DNA from: Propionibacterium freudenreichii subsp. freudenreichii | GTDB lineage: Bacteria > Actinomycetota > Actinomycetes > Propionibacteriales > Propionibacteriaceae | Length of the DNA stretch: 32,000 nt | NCBI RefSeq assembly: GCF_000940845.1 | Contig: NZ_CP010341.1 | Coordinates: 1,230,001 to 1,262,000 of the forward strand | Reading direction: 5' to 3' | The notes under the pieces: generated by a model | What the model saw: only the letters and a program-made list of their open reading frames with translations | What the model was told of the DNA's origin: nothing | The model's database searches: none | In this document: positions 25,541-32,000 of the stretch, in pieces | Position numbering within the stretch: the first letter of the stretch is position 1 | Layout: each line of letters starts with the position of its first letter | Program-made: the position numbers and the translations under genes

Positions 25541-26704
25541 ATGAGACGTGCGGTCAGTGCGGTGTTGGCCGCCGTGGTGGGCCTGGGCATGGTGGCCTGC
25601 GGACCCAACAAGGTGAATTCGGCGGTCGGCGACACGATCAAGATCGGCGTCAACTATGAGCTGTCGGGCACCGTGGCCTCCTATGGCTCATCGAACGTCA
25701 AGGGCATCGAGATGGCCATTGACGAGATCAACGCCGCTGGGGGAGTGCGGGGCAAGCAGCTCAAGGAGGTCAAGTACGACTCGAAGTCCGAGCCGGCCGA
25801 GGCCACCACGCTGGCGACAAAGCTGACCAGTCAGGACAAGGTCGTCACCATCATCGGGCCGGCCACTTCCGGGTCCTTCAAGGCAACCATCCCCGTGGCC
25901 AACAAGCACGAGGTGCCGGTGGTCTCCGGGTCGGCGACCGCCAACGATGCAACCGTCCTGCACGGCAAGGTGCAGCCGTATGCCTTCCGCACCTGCTTCT
26001 CCGACAACTACCAGGGCACCGGGATGGCCGATTACGCGGTCAAGCGCATGAAGGCCACCAGGGCAGTCATCATCAAGGACAACTCCTCGGACTACTCCAA
26101 GGGCCTGGCCGAGAGCTTCCGCCAGAAGATGACCGAGGAGGGTGGCACCATCACCAATGAGGTCACCTACAACACCGGTGACCAGGACTTCAATGCGATC
26201 CTGACCAGCATCAAGAACCAGAAGTTCGATGTGATCTACCTGCCCGGCTATTACGCCGAGGCCGGCCTCATCATCAAGCAGGCCCGCGCGCAGGGCATCG
26301 ATACGCCGATCCTTGGTGGCGACGGCTGGGACAGCCCGAAGCTGGAGGACCTGGCCGGGGACTCCGCCCTGAACAATGTCTTCTTCTCCAACCACTACTC
26401 CTCGCTGGACCCCTCGGCCCAGGTGCAGGACTTCATCAAGGCCTACAAGGCCCGCTACGGAGCGGAACCCGATGCCTTCAATGCGCTGGGCTATGACACG
26501 GCCAAGTTCGTGGCGGACTCGATCAACCGGGCCAGCAGCATCGACGGACCGTCGATCGCACAGGCCATGGCCACGACCACGAACTTCAGCGGCGTCACCG
26601 GCACCTTCAGCATGGACGCCAACCACAACCCCGTGAAGTCAATCGTCGTGGTGGGGCTGACAAACGGCAAGCAGGCATCCAGCGAGAGCTACAAGGCCTC
26701 CTGA
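25541..26704 (+). CDS. livK: branched-chain amino acid ABC transporter substrate-binding lipoprotein (LivJ/K-type)
   Basis: Lipoprotein signal LAAVVGLGMVAC, then IKIGVNYELSGTVASYGSSNVKGIEMAIDEINAAGGV.., typical of the Leu/Ile/Val-binding family. Confidence 0.9.
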   Translation: MRRAVSAVLAAVVGLGMVACGPNKVNSAVGDTIKIGVNYELSGTVASYGSSNVKGIEMAIDEINAAGGVRGKQLKEVKYDSKSEPAEATTLATKLTSQDKVVTIIGPATSGSFKATIPVANKHEVPVVSGSATANDATVLHGKVQPYAFRTCFSDNYQGTGMADYAVKRMKATRAVIIKDNSSDYSKGLAESFRQKMTEEGGTITNEVTYNTGDQDFNAILTSIKNQKFDVIYLPGYYAEAGLIIKQARAQGIDTPILGGDGWDSPKLEDLAGDSALNNVFFSNHYSSLDPSAQVQDFIKAYKARYGAEPDAFNALGYDTAKFVADSINRASSIDGPSIAQAMATTTNFSGVTGTFSMDANHNPVKSIVVVGLTNGKQASSESYKAS

Positions 26705-26800
26705 GGCAAACAGGTCGGGCCCGACAACAGGACAAACACAGGGGCGTGCAGTGCGACACCAATATGGTCGCGCCGCGACGTGCGGAGGGGAGAGGGATCG

Positions 26801-27685
26801 GTGGATCAGATCCTGCAACAGCTGGTGAATGGGGCGTCACTCGGCAGTGTCTACGCCCTGATCGCCCTCGGCTATACGATGATCTACGGCATCATCCAGC
26901 TGATCAACTTCGCCCACGGTGACGTGTACATGGTGGGCGCCTACGTGGGTTATGCATGCATGGCGCACTTCCACCTGGGCTTCTTCACCTCGTTGGTGGT
27001 GGCGATGGCCGTGTGCACCGTGCTCGGCGTCGTGATCGAACGTGTCGCCTACAAGCCGCTGCGCAAATCAAGTCGAATAGCCGTGCTCATCACGGCCATC
27101 GGGGTGAGCTTCCTCCTCGAGTACACCATGATGTTCTTCGTCGGGGCCGATGTGCGCTCCTACCCGCCGCTGCCACATTGGATGCAGGTCTCATGGCACC
27201 TGGGCGGGGTGATCATCACCTCCCTGCAGGTGCTGATCTTCGCCATCGCCGTGGCCCTCATGATCGCCCTGCAACTCATCGTGCGGCGCACGCGGCTGGG
27301 CAAGGCGATGCGTGCCGTCTCCCAGGACGCCGATGCGGCCCGCCTCATGGGCATCAATGTGAACAACACGATCTCGTTCACCTTCGCGCTGGGGTCGGCG
27401 CTCGCCGGCGCCGCCGGAGTGCTCGTGGCGGTGTACTACAACTCGATCAATCCGCTGATGGGCATGGTGCCCGGCCTGAAGGCGTTCATCGCCGCAGTCC
27501 TCGGCGGAATCGGACTGCTGCCCGGGGCACTGATCGGCGGTTACTTCATCGGCGTGGTCGAGACCTTCGTGTCGGGCACCGGCTTCTCGACGTTCAAGGA
27601 CGCCGTCGTCTATGCGCTGTTGATCATCATCCTCGTCGTCAAACCATCCGGCCTGCTCGGCAAGAACGAGAAGGAGAAGGTGTGA
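26801..27685 (+). CDS. livH: branched-chain amino acid ABC transporter permease LivH-type
   Basis: VDQILQQLVNGASLGSVYALIALGYTMIYGIIQLINFAHGD is the canonical LivH N-terminus. GTG at 26801 is preceded by GGGGAGAGGGA. Confidence 0.9.
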   Translation: MDQILQQLVNGASLGSVYALIALGYTMIYGIIQLINFAHGDVYMVGAYVGYACMAHFHLGFFTSLVVAMAVCTVLGVVIERVAYKPLRKSSRIAVLITAIGVSFLLEYTMMFFVGADVRSYPPLPHWMQVSWHLGGVIITSLQVLIFAIAVALMIALQLIVRRTRLGKAMRAVSQDADAARLMGINVNNTISFTFALGSALAGAAGVLVAVYYNSINPLMGMVPGLKAFIAAVLGGIGLLPGALIGGYFIGVVETFVSGTGFSTFKDAVVYALLIIILVVKPSGLLGKNEKEKV

Positions 27686-27687
27686 CC

Positions 27688-28701
27688 ATGAGTGGCTCCC
27701 AGACCCTTGGGCTCGACACGTCCACGACCCCCTCACGTTCCTTCGTGCACGCCAGTTGGTTCCGCAAGACGGTGCTGCTCGCGGCCGTCTACCTGGTGGT
27801 GCTCCTGCTCGTCCAGGCCGATGTGATCAATGACTACCGCCTGATCACCATCGCCACCATCTGCATCAACATCGTGCTCGCCACCAGCCTCAACCTGATC
27901 ACCGGTTTCACCGGACAGTTCTCGTTGGGTCACGCCGGGTTCATGGCGATCGGCGCCTATGTGACGGCCCTGGTCACCATTCAGATCGACTCGGTGTGGG
28001 GATTCGTCCTGGGCCTGTTGGCCGGTGCCCTGCTGGCCTCCCTGGTCGGGCTGTTAATCGGCCTGCCGACCCTGCGGCTGCGCGGCGACTATCTCGCCAT
28101 CGTCACCCTCGGCATGGCCGAGATCATCCGCATCGTCCTGCTCAACCTCAAGGTGACCAATGGTGCTGCTGGCCTCCAGGGCATTCCCCAGTTCGTCAAC
28201 TGGACCTGGCTGTTCATCCTCACCGCCGGCAGCGTCGTGCTGATCTCGAACTACCTGCATTCGCGCCACGGGCGGGATTCGATCGCCGTGCGCGAGGACG
28301 AGATCGCCGCCGAGTCCATCGGCGTGAACTCCACCCGCACCAAGACGATGAGCTTCATGGTGGGTGCCTTCTTCGGTGGCATCGCCGGGGGGATGTACGC
28401 GTCGTTCTTCTACTTCATCAAGCCGGACACCTTCAACTTCATGAAGTCGGTCGACATCCTGGTGATCGTGGTGCTGGGCGGACTCGGGTCCCTGTCGGGA
28501 TCGGTCATCGCGGCAATCCTGCTGGCCATCGTGTCAACGCTGCTCCAGCCCTTCCCCGAGATTCGCATGATCCTGTACGCGCTGATCCTGATCCTCATCA
28601 TGATCTTCCGACCACAAGGACTCATGGGCTCGCGTGAGCTCAGCGTCAAGCTGTTCTCGCGCCTGATCCCCGGCCGCGCACGAAAGGAGCGGACGCGATG
28701 A
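27688..28701 (+). CDS. livM: branched-chain amino acid ABC transporter permease LivM-type
   Basis: Contains NLITGFTGQFSLGHAGFMAIGAYV and LPTLRLRGDYLAIVTLGMAEIIR. The start is ATG 27688 (or GTG 27682, which overlaps the livH stop). Confidence 0.9.
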   Translation: MSGSQTLGLDTSTTPSRSFVHASWFRKTVLLAAVYLVVLLLVQADVINDYRLITIATICINIVLATSLNLITGFTGQFSLGHAGFMAIGAYVTALVTIQIDSVWGFVLGLLAGALLASLVGLLIGLPTLRLRGDYLAIVTLGMAEIIRIVLLNLKVTNGAAGLQGIPQFVNWTWLFILTAGSVVLISNYLHSRHGRDSIAVREDEIAAESIGVNSTRTKTMSFMVGAFFGGIAGGMYASFFYFIKPDTFNFMKSVDILVIVVLGGLGSLSGSVIAAILLAIVSTLLQPFPEIRMILYALILILIMIFRPQGLMGSRELSVKLFSRLIPGRARKERTR

Positions 28702-29489
28702 GCCAACCCATCCTCACCGTTGAGCACCTGACCAGGAACTTCGGGGGACTGGCGGCGCTGTCCGATATGTCCATGACGCTGAACCGCGGCGAGCTGGTGG
28801 GGCTCATCGGCCCGAACGGTGCCGGCAAGACGACCGTGTTCAACATGCTCACCGGTGTCTATGCCCCTTCCAGCGGCTCCATCACCTTCGACGAGCACGG
28901 CACTGCGGTGGAGCTCGGCGGGCGCAAGCCCAATGCGATCTGTCGGGCCGGTGTGGCACGCACCTTCCAGAACATCCGACTGTTCAAGGAACTGACGGTG
29001 CTGGAGAATGTGGTCAGCGCCATGCAGTTGCAGGAGAGCTACGGCCTGCTCGCCACCTTCGGGCACACGCCGGTCTGGAAGCGCAGCGAGGCCGACATCC
29101 GGCAGCGCAGCCGCGAGATGCTCGGCATCCTGGGACTGGCGGACAAGGAATCAGAGCTGGCCCGCAACCTTCCCTACGGCGACCAGCGACACCTGGAGAT
29201 CGCGCGGGCCCTTGCCACCGCCCCCTCGCTGTTGCTGCTGGACGAGCCCGCGGCCGGCATGAATCCCGCCGAGACCGCCGAGCTCACCACGCTGATCAGC
29301 TGGATCCGTGAGAACTTTGACCTGACGATCCTGCTCATCGAACACGACATGAGCCTGGTGATGACCATCTGCGAGCGTATCTACGTGCTCGACCACGGCA
29401 TCGTGATCGCCTCGGGAACCCCCGATGAGGTGCAGCACGATCCACAGGTGATCGAGGCATACCTGGGCCAGGAGGCCAGCGATGTTTGA
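28698..29489 (+). CDS. livG: branched-chain amino acid ABC transporter ATPase LivG-type
   Basis: Walker A GPNGAGKTT, LPYGDQRHLEIARAL and Walker B LLLLDEPAAGMN. ATGA overlap with livM. Confidence 0.95.
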   Translation: MSQPILTVEHLTRNFGGLAALSDMSMTLNRGELVGLIGPNGAGKTTVFNMLTGVYAPSSGSITFDEHGTAVELGGRKPNAICRAGVARTFQNIRLFKELTVLENVVSAMQLQESYGLLATFGHTPVWKRSEADIRQRSREMLGILGLADKESELARNLPYGDQRHLEIARALATAPSLLLLDEPAAGMNPAETAELTTLISWIRENFDLTILLIEHDMSLVMTICERIYVLDHGIVIASGTPDEVQHDPQVIEAYLGQEASDV

Positions 29490-30186
29490 GATCCATGACC
29501 TCCAGGTCAACTTCGGCGGAATCCAGGCGCTCAAGGGCATCTCGCTGAGTGTCGAGGACGGCCAGATCGTCACCCTGATCGGTGCCAATGGGGCGGGCAA
29601 GACCACGACCCTGCGCACTGCATCGGGCCTGGAGCGCCCCAGTGGCGGCACGATCACCCTGGCCGGCCAGGACATCACCAGGGCTTCCGCACGCGAACGC
29701 GTCAAGCAGGGACTCGTCCAGGTTCCCGAGGGGCGTCGCGTCTTCCCCAAGATGTCGGTGCTGGAGAACCTCGAACTGGGCGCCTTCCTGCGCAAGGATC
29801 GGGCGGGGATCACCCGGGACCTGCGCGATGTCTACGAACGGTTCCCCGTGCTGGCTGATCGGCTCAAGCAACAGGCCGGCACCCTGTCGGGCGGCGAGCA
29901 ACAGATGCTGGCCATGGGACGCGCCCTGATGAGCCGCCCGAAGATGCTGCTCCTCGATGAACCGTCAATGGGCCTGGCCCCCTTGTTCGTGCAGGAAATC
30001 TTCGACATCATCAAGGCGATCAACGAAGCCGGCACCACCGTCCTGCTGGTGGAGCAGAATGCAAATATGGCCCTTCAGATCGCCGATCACGCATATGTGA
30101 TGGAGACTGGCAGAATCGTCCTGTCCGGCACCGCAGCCGAGCTGTCTGCCAGCGACGAGATCAAGCGCGCCTACCTGGGAGGCTGA
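29482..30186 (+). CDS. livF: branched-chain amino acid ABC transporter ATPase LivF-type
   Basis: Walker A GANGAGKTT, signature LSGGEQQMLAMGRAL and Walker B LLLLDEPSMGLAP. It overlaps the livG stop. Confidence 0.95.
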   Translation: MFEIHDLQVNFGGIQALKGISLSVEDGQIVTLIGANGAGKTTTLRTASGLERPSGGTITLAGQDITRASARERVKQGLVQVPEGRRVFPKMSVLENLELGAFLRKDRAGITRDLRDVYERFPVLADRLKQQAGTLSGGEQQMLAMGRALMSRPKMLLLDEPSMGLAPLFVQEIFDIIKAINEAGTTVLLVEQNANMALQIADHAYVMETGRIVLSGTAAELSASDEIKRAYLGG

Positions 30187-30187
30187 G

Positions 30188-30838
30188 ATGTTCATCCGAG
30201 ACCACATGACGGCGAATCCCTTCACCGTCACCCCCGACGACACCGTTCCCAAGGCCGTCGAGGTCATGAAGCTCAACCATGTGCGCCACCTGCCGGTGCT
30301 GCGCGACGGCAAGGTGGTCGGGGTGATCGCAAACTCCGACATCGCCAAGGCCTCACCGTCCCAGGCCACCAGCTTCAGTATCGGCGAGATCACCTACCTC
30401 TTCAGCAAGCTGAAGGTCGGCAAGGTCATGAGCCGCGACGTCTACACCATCGCGGCCGATGCCCTCCTCGAACAGGCCGCCGTGCTCATGCGCGACCACA
30501 AGATCGAGATGGTCCCGGTGATGGAGGGCGACAAGCTGGTCGGGGTGATCACCGAGAGCGACATCCTCGATTCCTTCGTCGACATCATGGGAATGCGGAT
30601 GCGTGGCACGCGACTGGTCCTCGAGGCGACCGATGCGCCGGGTCAGCTGTCGAGGATCACCGGCCTGGTGGCCGACCACGGCATGAATATCACCCACCTG
30701 GCGGTGTACCCGGGCTCTGGCACCAGCCAGATCGTCCTGGGGGTGAACAGCCTGAACACCGCCGACCTGGAAACCCAATTGGTCGGGCTGGGCTATCGAG
30801 TGATCGCGCGGCTGCGCAACGAGCCGGGCAAGGACTGA
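30188..30838 (+). CDS. CBS-pair plus ACT domain protein (AcuB-like)
   Basis: Two CBS motifs (IRDHMTANPFTVTPDDTV..HLPVLRDGKVVGVI and KVMSRDVYTI..MVPVMEGDKLVGVITESDIL) and a C-terminal ACT-like LVLEATDAPGQLSRITGLVADHGMNITHLAV. The ATG lies 1 nt after the livF stop. Confidence 0.85.
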   Translation: MFIRDHMTANPFTVTPDDTVPKAVEVMKLNHVRHLPVLRDGKVVGVIANSDIAKASPSQATSFSIGEITYLFSKLKVGKVMSRDVYTIAADALLEQAAVLMRDHKIEMVPVMEGDKLVGVITESDILDSFVDIMGMRMRGTRLVLEATDAPGQLSRITGLVADHGMNITHLAVYPGSGTSQIVLGVNSLNTADLETQLVGLGYRVIARLRNEPGKD

Positions 30839-30869
30839 GCAGACAGCCTTCCGGCGTCGGCCACCGGCC

Positions 30870-31292
30870 TCACCGGTCGTCGGTGACCGTGTGGTGACGG
30901 CTGGCAGGGCCCGTGCGCCATGACGCGACGCTGGAGACGCCCGCAGCCTTCGCAGCACTCACGGCACGGGGCACGTGGGTCTCCTGCTGGGCCAGGGTGG
31001 ACACGTCGATGACCATCGGTAGGTTCACCCCGGTCACCACATCGCTGTCCAGGTGACGGCTGCACCAGCGCACGGCCGCGTTGTAGGGGCTGCCACCCAG
31101 CAGGTCGACCAGGAAGATCACGCCCGCGGCGTCCTTGGTCGCATCCTGGACCGAACGATAGAGGGCGTGGACGTCGCCTTCGGGGTCGAAATCAATCGCC
31201 ACCACATCAGGATTCGAGCCCAGGATCATCGCGGTGGACTTCACCAAGGCGCTTGCAAGGTTCCCGTGGGCAGCCACGACGACACGAATCAC
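30870..31292 (-). CDS. PTS EIIA component, mannose/fructose/sorbose (or DhaM-like) family
   Basis: VIRVVVAAHGNLASALVKSTAMILG (active-site His context), ..VIFLVDLLGGSPYN... SD AAGGAGGA lies 6 nt upstream of the GTG at 31292. The longer track ORF (to 31790) was rejected. Confidence 0.8.
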   Translation of the reverse strand: MIRVVVAAHGNLASALVKSTAMILGSNPDVVAIDFDPEGDVHALYRSVQDATKDAAGVIFLVDLLGGSPYNAAVRWCSRHLDSDVVTGVNLPMVIDVSTLAQQETHVPRAVSAAKAAGVSSVASWRTGPASRHHTVTDDR

Positions 31293-31427
31293 GAAAGTTC
31301 CTCCTTGAACCGACCGGCTCATGGTACCGCTAACATGCCCCGATCCCGGAGCGGACGAGGCGGGGGAGGCCGCCACGGGAGAACTCCCAATCCCCGCAGG
31401 CCGGCGAGCACGAACCACCACCCATTG

Positions 31428-31459
31428 TTCGGAACCTTCGTGATTCGGGACCTTCGTGC
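31428..31459. repeat. tandem 16-bp direct repeat TTCGGAACCTTCGTGA / TTCGGGACCTTCGTGC
   Basis: Read directly from the sequence. The two adjacent copies share 14 of 16 positions and lie in the 470-bp intergenic region upstream of the EIIA gene. Confidence 0.6.
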
Positions 31460-31650
31460 CGCAGACTGCCCGGGAGTGCCGGGCACGTGGGCACGCATCA
31501 AATCCCGGGCGGTAGTTCTTCCTCGGTCGGCGGCCGGGACGAGCCCCGCGGCATCCACCGCGAAGGCAGAAGCGGGCTCCATGCACGAGGTGACACATGC
31601 GCGATGAAAGGGGGTGGACGATGATCAGGAAGACCGGTGACGTTTGACCG

Positions 31651-31664
31651 ATAATGTACATTAT
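31651..31664. promoter_or_regulatory. perfect 14-bp AT-rich palindrome ATAATGTACATTAT (candidate operator/promoter core)
   Basis: Exact reverse-complement symmetry. It contains TANNNT-type hexamers on both strands (TACATT on plus, TAATGT on minus). TTGACC sits at 31644-31649. It is the most AT-rich spot of the window. Confidence 0.45.
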
Positions 31665-31764
31665 GTCAGAACGGGGAAATTTGGGCCCGTCACGCTCGCA
31701 GCGCCTGCCTCCCCCGGGATCGGCTCCACGAGGAGTGGCCGGCCTGCCGGGATAGCCTGAGATC

Positions 31765-32000
31765 ATGACGACGGATGGATTGCTGCGCACGGCTTCGGTC
31801 GACGAACTGACCGCACGTCAGCAGATGCTCAGGGCCAGGGCGGCACGTTCCGGGGTTGATGCGGTGGTGATCAGCACCGGTGCCGACATGCGCTATCTGC
31901 TGGGCCGGAGCCAGGGTTCCCACGAACGACTCACCGCCCTCGTGGTGCCCACCAAGGGGTCGGCCTTCCTGATCGTGCCCGAGCTGGAGAGGCCCGGGTG
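31765..32000 (+). CDS. M24-family Xaa-Pro aminopeptidase/dipeptidase, N-terminal part (3' end outside the window)
   Basis: The open frame from ATG 31765 runs to the window edge. ..RQQMLRARAARSGVDAVVISTGADMRYLLG...ALVVPTKGSAFLIVPELE resembles the creatinase/prolidase N-terminal domain. Confidence 0.7.
   Translation, partial: MTTDGLLRTASVDELTARQQMLRARAARSGVDAVVISTGADMRYLLGRSQGSHERLTALVVPTKGSAFLIVPELERPG

Noticed and set aside
30870-31790. The full 306-aa track ORF extending the EIIA gene upstream.
   Set aside because: The extension is Arg/Pro/Gly-rich with no family similarity. A strong SD (AAGGAGGA) lies 6 nt before the internal GTG at 31292, which gives a normal-length EIIA.

Overview
This is a GC-rich actinobacterial chromosomal segment. 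RbpA, split Lnt/Ppm1, a 20S proteasome alpha subunit and several apparently leaderless genes point to Actinomycetota; I cannot place it more precisely from sequence alone. Gene density is high and the content is mostly core metabolism. Left to right: prcA (3' end)-tyrA-cmk-der; a ClbS/DfsB-family gene; a DHA2-type MFS pump broken by a frameshift in a G6 tract, plus tetR; an MDR-type oxidoreductase; an EamA exporter; a small membrane protein plus winged-helix regulator operon; tRNA-Pro(GGG); luxS; a second DHA2 MFS pump; an FMN riboswitch driving a two-gene ABC importer (permease plus NMT1-type lipoprotein, no ATPase); metX-metW; an lrp/asnC regulator; lnt-ppm1; rbpA; a glycerophosphodiesterase; a PGPGW membrane protein; a 3'-truncated pdxY; an XRE-HTH::MurA-like fusion gene; lpd; a livKHMGF-type operon with a coupled CBS/ACT gene; a lone PTS EIIA(Man); and the 5' end of an M24 peptidase. 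I found no CRISPR array, transposase, integrase, phage gene or recognisable defence system. The most unusual items are (1) the HTH::MurA fusion abutting the decapitated pdxY, (2) the FMN-riboswitch/RibXY-like importer without an ATPase, (3) the poly-G frameshift in the MFS pump, (4) start-codon-overlapping and AT-rich perfect palindromes in two intergenic regions, and (5) the CBS/ACT gene coupled to the liv operon. Many long ORFs in the six-frame track (Arg/Gly/His/Asp/Pro-rich, antisense to clear genes) are high-GC artefacts and were not called. All family assignments rest on motif recognition by eye and memory, not on database searches.
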